Shown: positions 12,581 through 25,689, counted from the first letter of the whole stretch. The stretch: 63,652 bases of DNA, filler included, from Octopus bimaculoides (GCF_001194135.2; 6 parts of 6 records of this genome joined end to end with filler, not necessarily neighbours in it); one strand, 5' to 3'. Program-made: numbers and translations. Notes: generated from the letters alone by a model not told the origin.

Positions 12581-12631
12581 AGGCGGCGAGCTGGCAGAAT
12601 CGTTAGCACGCCGGGCGAAATGCTTAGCGGT
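12581..12631 (+). mobile_element. SINE family A 5' end (cut by gap)
   Basis: aaggcggcgagctggcagaatcgttagcacgccgggcgaaatgcttagcggt. Confidence 0.85.
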
Positions 12632-13515
12632 NNNNNNNNNNNNNNNNNNNNNNNNNNNNNNNNNNNNNNNNNNNNNNNNNNNNNNNNNNNNNNNNNNNNN
12701 NNNNNNNNNNNNNNNNNNNNNNNNNNNNNNNNNNNNNNNNNNNNNNNNNNNNNNNNNNNNNNNNNNNNNNNNNNNNNNNNNNNNNNNNNNNNNNNNNNNN
12801 NNNNNNNNNNNNNNNNNNNNNNNNNNNNNNNNNNNNNNNNNNNNNNNNNNNNNNNNNNNNNNNNNNNNNNNNNNNNNNNNNNNNNNNNNNNNNNNNNNNN
12901 NNNNNNNNNNNNNNNNNNNNNNNNNNNNNNNNNNNNNNNNNNNNNNNNNNNNNNNNNNNNNNNNNNNNNNNNNNNNNNNNNNNNNNNNNNNNNNNNNNNN
13001 NNNNNNNNNNNNNNNNNNNNNNNNNNNNNNNNNNNNNNNNNNNNNNNNNNNNNNNNNNNNNNNNNNNNNNNNNNNNNNNNNNNNNNNNNNNNNNNNNNNN
13101 NNNNNNNNNNNNNNNNNNNNNNNNNNNNNNNNNNNNNNNNNNNNNNNNNNNNNNNNNNNNNNNNNNNNNNNNNNNNNNNNNNNNNNNNNNNNNNNNNNNN
13201 NNNNNNNNNNNNNNNNNNNNNNNNNNNNNNNNNNNNNNNNNNNNNNNNNNNNNNNNNNNNNNNNNNNNNNNNNNNNNNNNNNNNNNNNNNNNNNNNNNNN
13301 NNNNNNNNNNNNNNNNNNNNNNNNNNNNNNNNNNNNNNNNNNNNNNNNNNNNNNNNNNNNNNNNNNNNNNNNNNNNNNNNNNNNNNNNNNNNNNNNNNNN
13401 NNNNNNNNNNNAAATACCGCTAAGAATTTCGCCCGGCGAGCGCTGGAGTCGATGTAATCGATTGACCCTCCCCTTCAAAATTTCAAGCCTTACGCCTATG
13501 TTTGAAAAAAATATT

Positions 13516-13725
13516 AAGGCTGCAAGCTGGCTGAATGCTTAGCACGTTGGAAAAAGTATTTAGTGGCATTTACGTTCTGAGTTCAAATTCTGTTGGAGTT
13601 GACATTATCTTTCATCATTCTGGGGTCAATAAAATAAGTACCAGTTGAGTACTGGCGATCGATGTAATCGAATAGCCCCCCCCCCCACTTAACAAATTTC
13701 AGGCCTTGTGCCTGTAGTAGAAAGA
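13516..13725 (+). mobile_element. SINE family A copy (diverged)
   Basis: ttctgagttcaaattc...tttcatcatt...gataaaataagtaccagtt...gatgtaatcga...aaatttcaggccttgtgcc. Confidence 0.7.
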
Positions 13726-13939
13726 CAATTTATTGGATGAGAAACGGAGATAAATTAACCTACATCGTTGAGCTCAGGACAAGATATTGAACAGAATTTT
13801 AGTTTCTCCGCTATACGTTCTGAGTTCAAAATTTCACTGAAGTCGACCTTCCTCTTCACTCCTACTTTTGGATCGATAAAATAAATATTTTCTCCTGACG
13901 ATTCAAATTTTGCGACCTCTCAATTGATCATAAAGATCA

Positions 13940-13988
13940 GACTAGTGTATGACCTAACCTGGTTACCAGGCTAGGTCACGCACTAGTC
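13940..13988. repeat. 49-nt near-perfect palindrome/hairpin
   Basis: gactagtgtatgacctaacctggt-t-accaggctaggtcacgcactagtc: 24-nt arms with three transition differences. Confidence 0.85.
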
Positions 13989-14400
13989 CGGCCCTTATGA
14001 ATATTCTAGTTTACGAATATTTTAGTTTTCTACAATCTGTATGTTTCCTATTGGATTCTAGTGGATGTCAAACGAATGTTTGTATTACACATATGTAAGC
14101 AACTCAGTGTTGTTGTTTAATGCTCCAGTATAGCAATAGCTGCAGTTGCTACAGAGACTTATTATCGATTAGTTAGTTCTATTTTCGGCTGTTTTAATTT
14201 GGTTCTGGTTTGTTAAAGTCATAAATATATAATGTAACACTACTGATGTAATTTTTATCCGCAATTTTAGGCATCTTCTAACAGTACAATCGATACGATG
14301 ACTATAATCGATACATTAGCAATTTTTATTGTAATTTGTTGGGGTTAACGTACAATAAAGATTTATAATATTTTTACCTCCTTTTATATGATAGGAAAGT

Positions 14401-14716
14401 GAAGGTGCATGGCTTAGTACTTTGGATATTCGGATCACAATCGGAATGTCTTGAGTTCGATTCCCGCTGGTGCGTTGTGTCCTCGAGGCAGACACTTTAT
14501 TTCATGTTGCTCCAATCCACTCAGCTGGCAAAAATGTGTAGTACCTGTATTTCAAAGGGCCAGCCTTGACACATTCTGCGTCGGCTGAATCTCCCTGAGG
14601 ACTAAGGGAATGCGTGTCTGTGGAGTGCTCAGCCGCTTGCATGTTAATTTCACAAGTAGGCTGTTCCGTTGATCGGATCAGCTGGAATCCTCGTCGTCGA
14701 AACCGACGGACTGCCA
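14401..14716 (+). mobile_element. SINE family C copy
   Basis: tRNA-like head (gagttcgattccc) and the family C body ...gttgatcggatcagctggaatcctcgtcgtcg.aaccgacgga. Confidence 0.85.
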
Positions 14717-15539
14717 GATACGATAGGAATGGAAAAAATTATTGAGTAGATTAAGTATTTGATTACAGTTCGTTGTAGATATTTCGTTGTTCTTTTGACA
14801 AAATTCTTTGCCTTCAAAATTTTCATATACCTAAGCTGTCGGAAATTACCTCATTATTTGAATAGATAAGCTACTTGCGATTGACTCGCGTCCTATCCAG
14901 GGTGAAGGATTTNNNNNNNNNNNNNNNNNNNNNNNNNNNNNNNNNNNNNNNNNNNNNNNNNNNNNNNNNNNNNNNNNNNNNNNNNNNNNNNNNNNNNNNN
15001 NNNNNNNNNNNNNNNNNNNNNNNNNNNNNNNNNNNNNNNNNNNNNNNNNNNNNNNNNNNNNNNNNNNNNNNNNNNNNNNNNNNNNNNNNNNNNNNNNNNN
15101 NNNNNNNNNNNNNNNNNNNNNNNNNNNNNNNNNNNNNNNNNNNNNNNNNNNNNNNNNNNNNNNNNNNNNNNNNNNNNNNNNNNNNNNNNNNNNNNNNNNN
15201 NNNNNNNNNNNNNNNNNNNNNNNNNNNNNNNNNNNNNNNNNNNNNNNNNNNNNNNNNNNNNNNNNNNNNNNNNNNNNNNNNNNNNNNNNNNNNNNNNNNN
15301 NNNNNNNNNNNNNNNNNNNNNNNNNNNNNNNNNTATATATATATTCATTCACAATCAAATTAACTATCGGTAGGCTAGAACTATAATTGGTTTAAGCAAA
15401 ACAATTATGACGGCAACAATCATAAGAAGCGGAAAACTAAATAAATTTACATTATTCTCTTTTATAAATATGATTTTTTGTTATCAGAGATATATCTTGT
15501 TATCAGTATTGTTTATTGTCATGAATATCCTTTGTTGTC

Positions 15540-15740
15540 ATAAGGCGGTGAGCTGCACGCCGGGAAGAATGCTTAGAGCATTTCGTCCGTCCTTACGATC
15601 CGAGTTCAAATGCTGCGGGTGTTAACCTTGCCTATCATCCTTACGGGGTCGATAAAATAAGTACCAGTTGAACACAGGGCTCGATTTTATTCGACTTAAA
15701 CCCTTTCCCGAACTTACTGGCCTTGTGCCAAAATTTGAAA
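15540..15740 (+). mobile_element. SINE family A copy
   Basis: aaggcggtgagctg...gagttcaaat...cctatcatccttacggggtcgataaaataagtaccagtt. Confidence 0.75.
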
Positions 15741-15759
15741 CCAATATAATTTGTCATCA

Positions 15760-16190
15760 ATCCGGTTTTCGCTATCAATGTAGTTTCGTTGCTGTCAATA
15801 TGACTTGTTAACAATGTTTCATACTACCAATATGGTTTCTTGTTATCAATGTGATTTCTTCCTTCTTATCAATGTAGTTTCTTTCTTATCAACATGGCTG
15901 TTGTTAACAATATGTTTCATGTTTTCTATATGATTTCTTGTAATTAATGTCGTTTATTATTCTCAGTGTAGTTTCTTATTATGAATGTAATTCCTTCTGT
16001 ATTATCAATGTGATCTCTTCCTTGTTATCAATGTGGTTTATTGTTATCAGTGTTAATGCTTCTTATTAATGTGTTTTCCTGTTATCAAAGTGGTTTCTTC
16101 TTAACGAAATAGTTTCTTGTCATCTCTATGGTTTCTTGTCATAAATAAGGTTTCATATTATCAATGAAGTTTCTTGTTACAAATCCAAGA
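15760..16190. repeat. Degenerate minisatellite (about 20-25 bp unit, ttgttatcaatgtgrtttct)
   Basis: Repeated tt(g)ttatcaatgt(g/a)...tttct motif more than ten times. Confidence 0.75.
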
Positions 16191-18310
16191 AAGTTTCGTT
16201 TTTAATTGTGTGTTCGTTTAGTTCGCAAACTTTAGTGGTTTGCCAAATCCAACTAGGGTTTCTCTAAACTAAGACTAATATTTTTCTGTACTGGCAAGAG
16301 ACAATATAGAAAAATATTACCTATATTACTAATATGAGAAAAAAAAAAATCTATTGTTCCTAAGTTATTTCTACACTCCACGCACATTATCGTCTCATCT
16401 TTTGCTATTTAGTGGTTGGCCAGTCTACACCGTATTCTTTGAACATGCCAGCTTCTCAGTCTTTGTTGCTGTTAATCTCAGTTTTTGTCGACGTTGTTTA
16501 GTTGCAGATAAGCCTTGACTGAACAAAGACGTTCTAGCCACGATTATTCGTTTTTTCTTTGTGTATTCAGGATTTCGTTATCTCACATTTCAAGGCGACT
16601 TGTTGTGATCTGGAAGAAATTTAATTGCTATTTGTAGTAAATCGAGTGATGCTAAGAGATTCCCCTGGTGGCTAAAGAAAGCCTGGTCATGCATATAGGT
16701 AGCTGCTATTGAACGTCCAGGTATGGCTCAGACAATCTTTGTCTCTATTTGATTAGGGAGAACACTGCACACAATGACATGCAACTAATTAATATAGGGG
16801 ATGCAGAGTAACAGCATGGGTGTACACCGCCTCCTCTCACGCCCAGTTAGCTGTTATGCATATGACATACATAGCTGAGTTAAGAGGAGGGAATCGGTCA
16901 TAGCCTAGGGTTTCCCTTCCAGTGCGCAAGTTTCTGTAGCTATCCAGATCTGTAGACATTTTAAAAATATTTTCTTTTTGGTGATATTCCTTTCAGGGAT
17001 CTTTTAACTGTGATTCTCTCTCCCTGCAGATGTCTGTTTCATGTGACCACCTCCTCTGCTGTCCATGTTGGCACTTTGTGTTCTGAGTGAAATTACTGCT
17101 GTTGTTAACTTTGCTTTTCATCTTTATAGGGTTCATAAATAAAATTCCACTCTAAGGAGGCAGAATCGTTAGAGCATCGGAAAGGATACTTTGAGATATT
17201 TGTCTCGGCACCTCGCCTTTTGAAGTCCTGGAAAAAATTCTGGGCACTACCCTACCCTGCGGTAGGAAAAAAAAAAGGCAGCTTACTTACAATAACCTTT
17301 GTGAATTAAACATAAACGCAAACAAAAAATTGTGTTCTTCGTGTTCAAAGAACTAGGGTAAATATTACCCTGCTTGGCAACTGGTAAGGGTCGACAACAG
17401 GAAGGGTATCCGGCCGTAAAAATAATCTGCTTCAACGAATTCCATTTGACTCATGCAAGCATGGACAAGTGGACGTTAAAACTATGACGATCTGTTTCTG
17501 AGATTATTATTTATAAATTAATTTAGCCTGTGCTAAAAGTGTCTTTGGCACATTGATGCACATTGATTTCCGTGAGCTATGAGTACTTTTAGAACATAGA
17601 ATCTTCAATTAATTCTTCTCGTTCAGTTCACGTATTTTTTAAATGAAACATTTCTGTCGCCGCCTCACAGCAAAGTTTATATGAATGAGACACCGTCTGT
17701 GTGACCGCTGAATGTCTTTGATACCACATCAATCTTAAATAGAATGAAGCAAACAAGAAAAAAAAATCCAAAAAACAAATCTATGCTGGGTATATAGGTT
17801 TGAGTTAAACTATGCATGAGAAGACAGAATGGTCACAGCTAAAACACCTTTGATCACAGATCTGGTCGATCAACGCTGACCTGGAGCTAAAAAAAAAGGA
17901 AGAAGAAGAACAACAACAAGAATGACGACGATGATGATAATAACAACAACAACGTACTTTTCATGTATATCCGTTTCCTTCCCGCCACATCCAACTTTTC
18001 GGTCGATCATATGTAGTAAATGTGTTAAGCTTTACCTGACGATATAACATTTATTACATTTTGTGTGGTTACGTAGCAACCAAACCATAAAGTAAAGACA
18101 ACGTAAATTACAATACAAACAACGTAATTCTAAAATAAATATTCATTGATAATTGATNNNNNNNNNNNNNNNNNNNNNNNNNNNNNNNNNNNNNNNNNNN
18201 NNNNNNNNNNNNNNNNNNNNNNNNNNNNNNNNNNNNNNNNNNNNNNNNNNNNNNNNNNNNNNNNNNNNNNNNNNNNNNNNNNNNNNNNNNNNNNNNNNNN
18301 NNNNNNNNNN

Positions 18311-18379
<69 letters not shown>

Positions 18380-18516
18380 GTGTGTGTGTGTGTGTGTATA
18401 CAGACGTGTGTGCGTGCGTATATTATGTGTATGTATATACTATATAAAATAATTACACACACACACATATAAATAGCTGTAAATAATATCATTCAGGCGT
18501 AGTGTATATATCTTCC

Positions 18517-18568
<52 letters not shown>

Positions 18569-19025
18569 CAGCACCAGCAGCAGCAGCAGTAGTAGTAGTA
18601 GTAGTAATGGCATGTACAGATATTTATAGAAAAAGAAGCCAAAGAGTAACTTCGTCGTCATGACAATGACATTCCCCCCTTCCTTGTTGATCTTGAATAA
18701 TTTACTTTGCTGACTAATTCTTATAAGTTATATAACATTTAGCAAACAATGCAATAAACCTGTCTTCCATCTTTTCTTTCATTTTTATTTCATTCTATTT
18801 TATTTCGCTTTTAGATTTTCTGTAAAAAGTTCATTGGGGAAGTTAATTTTGGAAAGATTTCACTATTCTTGTCTTTAGTAGGTAAGTTTCGTTACTTATT
18901 TTTTCTCTTGTTAAACATTTTTTCCTCCATACTAACAAGAGTAAGAGTAGCATTTGTAAGAACGATCGTTTTACAGTTGGATGCATCATCATTATTATAA
19001 TCATCATTATCCATTATCATCATCA

Positions 19026-19082
<57 letters not shown>

Positions 19083-19282
19083 GATAGATAGATGAGTTCT
19101 TAACTTTTGTATACGATTGCCAAATTCCATCACTAAGGTAAACATAGCGGACGTAATCCATCACTACGGCCAACTCAATGACAAAAAGCGCAACTCGAAA
19201 GTAACTTATTTATTGGTCCTTTGAACAATATTTCGACATCTCGTGTGTCTTCAACAGGTTCAAAATAAAACAAATGTCAGTC

Positions 19283-19335
<53 letters not shown>

Positions 19336-20059
19336 TCTACTGCTACGATAACGGTCTTTATTCCTCAGAACTGGCTAGGTTAATATCATATCCACATAGA
19401 CATTACCGATCCACTTGTCTCTTCTCTCGTTCTTTCATCATCGTTATTGTGTTTCATCGTCAGGCTCTGCATTAATTACATTATAATGTAGTTCAATTTC
19501 AAATCATAATAATGCACGCGTGCGTGCACATACACGCACACAGACACGGACACACAAGTACATAAACACACACACACACACGTGTGTGTGTATGTATGTA
19601 TGTGTATGTGTGTGTATGTGTGTAATTTATATATATCAAGTAAAATTCGTTTTTGACAGCAAGTCAAGTTTCATGTTCAAGCGAAGAAATTTCACTTGCT
19701 TTGGAGTAAACACGGAGTTTCATCATAGTTTCCAGTTACCAGGCTATCATGTACATTTCCATCACTTATAATGTGGCATGCTTCATGACACTTTGCTGAT
19801 TGAAAATGATGATGAAAATCCGGGTTTATTCGAAACCAAGTCAAGGCAAATACTTTCGCTTGAATATGAAACTCGAGTTGCTGCTTAAACCAATAATATT
19901 ACTGTATATAAAAACATTAATAACTTTCAGATGTAATCAGTGCTTTCAATTTCTGAACCTCTCAGCAAGCGAACAGTGTATATATAAATATATAAATGTT
20001 TTTGTGTGTGTTCAGTGTGTGTATATAATATTATTTTATGCATATAATATACATACATA

Positions 20060-20468
20060 GGCGTAGGAGTGGCTGTGTGGTAAGTAGCTTGCTTACCAAC
20101 CACATGGTTCCGGGTTCAGTCCCACTGCGTGGCACCTTGGGCAAGTGTCTTCTACTATAGCCTCGGGCCGATCAAAGCCTTGTGAGTGGATTTGGTAGAC
20201 GGAAACTGAAAGAAGCCCGTCGTATATATGTATATATATGTATGTGTGTGTATATGTTTGCGTGTCTGTGTTTGTCTCCCTAACATCGCTTGACAACCGA
20301 TGCTGGTGTGTTTACGTCCTCGTAACTTAGCAGTTCGGCAAAAGAGACTGATAGAATAAGTACTAGGCTTCCAAAGAATAAGTCCTGTGGTCGATTTGCT
20401 CGACTAAAGGCGGTGCTCCAGCATGGCCACAGTCAAATGACTGAAACAAGTAAAAGAGTAAAAGAGAG
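20060..20468 (+). mobile_element. Full-length SINE family B (tRNA head, CORE-like middle, internal microsatellite)
   Basis: ggcgtaggagtggctgtgtggtaag head, gggttcagtccc B-box-like, ccttgggcaagtgtcttctact CORE-like segment, 3' ...ctgaaacaagtaaaagagtaaaagag. Partial copies at about 7470, 10640, 38960, 54888 and 57722. Confidence 0.85.
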
Positions 20469-20481
20469 AGTATACATACGT

Positions 20482-21255
20482 ACAGGCTCTACCTAAGAAG
20501 AAATGAAAGATCAGTGCAGACGGCCTTCGAATGTCGTATTGTATCACTGAGGCAGAACCTGCTAAACAACAATAGCAAAAATAAATATATTAATGCAATC
20601 CTGAAAAGTGAAGTGAGCAACATTGTACGAGTTGGCAGTGAAGAAACACTCTCTTCTCGATGATCTCCTATACAGCCTCAGAACAGCTGGGCTCTCTTAC
20701 CTCAGAGAAGACCTGGATGGCAAGCACTTAGCATACAAAAAAAAAAAAAGGCCATGCATGGGTATGTTGCCCGGAAGCTTGAAGAAGACAGTAGAATTGA
20801 CACGAAGTGCAGCTTCTCTTGAACACAAGACCACTAAATCACAACACACTTTGAAGGCTATGCGTTTGCAATCCAGGAACAGGAGATTGCCACAAAGTAC
20901 CTGGTGAACAAGAGAGACAGTGACGCTCTTTTAATCCCAGGGTGCAACCGCATGTGTAGGCTATGTCATATTTCTGTGGAAGACATTACGCATGTGATTA
21001 GCAGCTGTCCTAAAGTGTCGTCAAAATACTACCTCCTTGTGAGGCACGATGTTGTCGCTAAAACAATTTACAATGCTATCCACAAAAAAGACTGTCCTGA
21101 AATAAACTTAGAAAATCCTTCTGTTATGGAATACATTCATTAACACCGACTCAAGGAATACTGGTGGAATATTTCCATCAAAACTTCTGTCAAATGTAAG
21201 CATAACAGGTCGGATATTGTTGTTTGGGACAGAAAGGCAAAGGTATGCCTGTTTA
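20482..21255 (+). mobile_element. R4/Dong-like (restriction-like endonuclease) non-LTR retrotransposon fragment
   Basis: Frameshifted ORF containing the zinc knuckle CRLCHISVEDITHVISSC, RHDVVAK, and the endonuclease motif KHNRSDIVVWDR. Confidence 0.85.
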
Positions 21256-21261
21256 CGTACC

Positions 21262-21485
21262 AGTGATTAATAGCAGTAGAAGCGACAAGTAGAAGTAGTA
21301 GCGATTGTATAAAACAGTGACCGTGGTGGTAGAACTGACAGAGGAAGCAGTGATTCTATGAACCAGTGATTATTGTGGTAAAAGCGACAGGCAGAGGAAG
21401 CAGTGATGGTATGAGGCAGTGATTGTAGCGGTACAAGCGACAAGCTGAGAGGAAACAGTGGGTCTGTGAACTAGTGATTGTGACC
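21262..21485. repeat. Degenerate minisatellite (cagtgatt...aagcgaca...gaggaagcagtg)
   Basis: Several imperfect reiterations visible, followed by a long (TG)n run. Confidence 0.6.
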
Positions 21486-21531
21486 TGTTAATTGGCCAAT
21501 CAGCTTTCCTTTATGGGCACCGTGTGGAACA

Positions 21532-21544
21532 TGTGTGTGTGTGT

Positions 21545-21633
<89 letters not shown>

Positions 21634-21665
21634 CTTGTGAGTGAGTGTGTGTGTGTGTGTGTGTG
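21532..21665. repeat. (TG)n microsatellite, representative of dozens of (TG/CA)n, (TA)n, (ATT)n, (TATC)n, (CATA)n and (GA)n arrays
   Basis: Direct reading. Confidence 0.95.
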
Positions 21666-21890
21666 TATTTACGTGCAACTACTACACCGTCCTAGGGAAT
21701 TAACACCATGATGTAATGCCTTCAAGTAGAATCGAAATTGTGTTGGAACTGAGCCCTTGTTCCTCGGCGCTCGCTTCATAATCGTAGTCATATATATTTT
21801 TTATGTCAATGTTCTAAGAAATGATTTATTTTTAGTTTTATCTTTCCAGACATGTTTTTTTTATATATATTTTCTCTTTTCTATTCTCAG

Positions 21891-22013
21891 GTTTGACGAA
21901 TCTTCTAGTACTCTGGCCATTCGTTCTCTTGTTTTACTTCACTAAAACCGAGTTCGTTGACTGGCTTGATCTACCTTGGACACCACTCTGTGCTTCGGCT
22001 GTCTTCACCACAG
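21891..22013 (+). CDS. SLC35F3/SLC35F4: Internal coding exon of the same SLC35F3/SLC35F4-like transporter (phase 1 to phase 1)
   Basis: Strong acceptor tttctcttttctattctcAG at 21889-21890 and donor GTGAGT at 22014. 123 nt: (G)LTNLLVLWPFVLLFYFTKTEFVDWLDLPWTPLCASAVFTT(x). This matches the vertebrate G.FN.LF...IP.ILYFTK.EYW...DIPW..LCG segment as recalled. Confidence 0.9.
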
Positions 22014-22744
22014 GTGAGTAATTTATAACGGCTAATTATTTAATTATTAAACACGTTTCCGGTTGAGTTTCACAAGAAAAGAAACAATTGCCGCCTCTCT
22101 CTTCCCACTAAATGTAATAATATACTGATAATAAACATTATTATCGTCTGAGCTTACAAATGATCGTTCGGAAAACCTCTACATGGATTATTACTTGGCT
22201 TATATGAAAACTACAGTGCATGGTAAATGAATCGACTTAGTGAACTATTATTTAACGAAGATATGAAGGAACTGGGGATTAGTCTTATTTGAACTGACTG
22301 TTACAGGTTTTTAGTGATAGAAGCCAGTCAACTGTGAGCAATTTCTCAAAAAATAACCAACTTATGTTTCCTTTGATCTACACCAAAAGCGAAGCTTATG
22401 GCAGACAATAAGTTGTCAGAAGTATCATAGAAGTTTATTTTCGTAATATAAATACACATTCAACCGAATAATTGTTTTATACTCTACCCGAAATATCTAT
22501 CGTTTTTATATGATAAACCACGAACATCAGAGAGAAAGAATTATATCATATCTTACACAAAATATTTGGATTTTATATGGTGAATAGTAAGTAATAAAGG
22601 TAGACGGACAAAATAACTTTTATGTCTTAGACGAGATAGTTTCTGATTTTATGTAGTAAATAAACGGATCTCAATCGGTTTGGGACCAGAGCATTACTGT
22701 TGGTCGATTGACTGAACTGCTTGGTCATTGAATTATAGTATAAG

Positions 22745-23031
22745 TGGCTGAGTAGTGAATGGGGATATTCGACTCACGATCGTAAGGTCGGGAGTTCGAT
22801 TCCGGCAGCGCGTTCTGTCATTGAGCAAGAATCTTATTTCATGTTGCTCCAGTCCACTCAGCTGATAAAAATGAGTAGTACCTGTATTTCACAGGGCCAG
22901 TCTCCCTGAGAACTACGTAAAGAGCATGCGTGTCTGTGGTGTGCTCAGCCACTTCACGTTGATTTCATGAGTAGGCTGTTCCGTTGATCAGATCAATTGG
23001 AACCTTCGTCGTCGTAACAAATGGGATGCCA
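22745..23031 (+). mobile_element. SINE family C copy
   Basis: gggagttcgattcc B-box-like; family C body and 3' ggaaccttcgtcgtcgtaac. Confidence 0.8.
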
Positions 23032-23359
23032 GTTTTTTTAAGTGGCTGAGTATTCCTAGACACTTGTACTCTTAACCCAATCCTTGGACAGAATCAGTAA
23101 GTTACAGTGTATAACAAGACCGGCCCTTTGCTTTGTAAGTATCGCTCATCCGAAAAGCTTCCACAGTGTCTGTCCAACCATTTTCACTTTAGTTCTATTC
23201 GAGGCTATGGTAAAAAATACTTCCCCAAGATACCTTTATGTGGAATCAAATGCAGGACCTCATGATTGCAAAGCAGTTTTGGCAAATATTATATTATAGG
23301 AAAGTTGGTTATACATCATTAGATGTATACCTGACTTTCCTATATAAAATTAATGAATA

Positions 23360-23701
23360 TGACGGAACGCTGAACTCCAGACTATCAACTTAAACAACAT
23401 TTATTCAGGTGGTAAATATATACATCTTTAGCTCTTGTTGTTACAGCTTCTATGTGTGTGAGCATAGTTGTTGGGACGTTGTTATGTAGATGTGAGCGAG
23501 CTGTCGAGTGTAAGTCCGAAAGATGGAGAGTGACAGCTATACACGTAAAGAGACTGTCTCCAGGTTGGAATGTCAGAGACACTGCTTGACACGTCCATGC
23601 TCTATTGCTGGCCGGCAAGAAAGAGAATGAATTGAGCGGGAACGCTTGGTTGTTTAATTCTACGCATGCGTGAGACTACGCATGCGCACGGCGTTACTAC
23701 A
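23360..23701 (-). mobile_element. Possible solo LTR
   Basis: Minus strand begins TGTAGTAAC and ends GTTCCGTCA (TG...CA), with AATAAA near its 3' end. AATAT flanks both sides but overlaps the termini by one base. Confidence 0.35.
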
Positions 23702-23739
23702 ATATGTTATGGCGGCGAGCTGGCAGAATCGTTAGCACG

Positions 23740-23839
23740 NNNNNNNNNNNNNNNNNNNNNNNNNNNNNNNNNNNNNNNNNNNNTTAATTAATTAANNNNN
23801 NNNNNNNNNNNNNNNNNNNNNNNNNNNNNNNNNNNNNNN
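23740..23839. other. Artificial 100-bp scaffold join spacer (44 N + TTAATTAATTAA + 44 N)
   Basis: The same construct recurs with the 12-mer at 42475, 54791, 57971 and 61813. The 12-mer has stop codons in all six frames. Confidence 0.95.
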
Positions 23840-23879
23840 ATATATATATACATACATACATACATACATATATATATAT

Positions 23880-23910
<31 letters not shown>

Positions 23911-24418
23911 CATATATAGGCTAGCAATGCCATAATTCATTTTCAATGTATGACCTTCATTCCTCCCTCAATGCTTCACCTTCTATTGTGCATATCGCTT
24001 GTTGCTAGCTTTATACACACACAAACACAAACATGCAGGTATACGGGTGTGTATCAGATGCTATGGACTGCGATAGACGTATTTATATTTATGTTATAAA
24101 ACCTACATGCCATTGTATTAAACCACTGACAGAGAACAAACTTGTCTTTCGGGCTATTTGTGTAAGTAGGAATCATTTCAGTGGTTTGTGTTGTTCGCGC
24201 TGCAATTATACTTTTATATGTTATATTATTTTTTATCTATTTTATTGTATTTTTGTGTCTTTTTTTTGTGTGTGCTTTAGTGTTATTTCCCTTGAAGCTA
24301 ATAGCTATGATTATATGTAAGTAGGTATGTGTGTATGTATGTATGTATGTATGTATGTATGTATGTATGTATGTGTTTTTTGTGTTTATGGTTATATGTG
24401 TATCAGTCTATCATTCTA

Positions 24419-24468
<50 letters not shown>

Positions 24469-24659
24469 GTATGTATTCATATGTATTTATATGTATGTAT
24501 ATATATATNNNNNNNNNNNNNNNNNNNNNNNNNNNNNNNNNNNNNNNNNNNNNNNNNNNNNNNNNNNNNNNNNNNNNNNNNNNNNNNNNNNNNNNNNNNN
24601 NNNNNNNNNNNNNNNNNNNNNNNNNNNNNNNNNNNNNNNNNNNNNNNNNNNNNNNNNNN

Positions 24660-24709
<50 letters not shown>

Positions 24710-25689
24710 TGAGTGGGAGACAAATGTACTTGAATAGGCTCCCAGAAGGTGGTGCATTGTTAGCAAAATTATTGTTAAGGGCCTTTGTTTTGAAGATGGC
24801 ACTCTGTCATAGGATTATGTTTGTTTAAGTATATGTTCGTTTGACCTGAGCATTGTTAAGAAACGATTTTAAGATATAAAGAAAATTTACTTTTGAAATT
24901 AACGACATCTCCTAAACACAACAAAAGCAAACGACAACAACAAACAACAACAACAATAATACCATGTAATAAAAGAATTTATAAAATAGTTATAAAGAGT
25001 TATAGAAGCAAAAAGCAAAACAGAAACGAAGCCCTATATTCTGGAAATGTTTTCGTAATGACATATTTGAATTTCTGACCCCTGAAAATGGTTGTCATTG
25101 TGATTGTAGATGAATTCTAAATGGCTTCTCCCCTGCTGAGGTTCATACAAAAGTTGAGATGATGAAACGAAGTGCAGTTCGTTAGGAACTCTGACATAGT
25201 TTTAACAATTGACAAGGAAAATCTCATGTGCGTCACTGCGGGCGAACAGGGGGAAAATATATATATTATTTTACTATCGCAAGTCTTCAATAGAAATTTT
25301 CCACGTTCGCATTTGATAGGTTGGTCGTCAAAAAGAGATTACGATTGGCCAAAAGCTTCTATTTCCTATTTACTTCAGTACTTATAATAATTCCTGTTTA
25401 CAGCATTAAGTAACCTGCAAAGCGTCTTTTCATTGAATGTACGTTTGTGAATTTATGTATCACTGATAGTTGACCGAGATGATGGTTGCTAGCTTTTGTG
25501 GTGTTAGTAGTTTTCTGTGACTTTTATTGTTCTTTAAAGAATGGTTCCATTCTTAGTTTGAGAGCGAGAAATGGCAGGGTTGGGGAGTTTGGTTTCTTCG
25601 ATAAATTCGATAAAATAAGTACAAACAACTGTGTCTCGCATGAATATAGAGGAAAGTATTGTTGTTGTTCTACTTATTGTTGTTGCTGA

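Noticed and set aside
23784-23795. TTAATTAATTAA islands inside N runs (also 42475, 54791, 57971, 61813)
   Set aside because: Always centred in an identical 44N+12+44N block and stops all six frames. It is an assembly join marker, not biology, and adjacency across these joins is uncertain.
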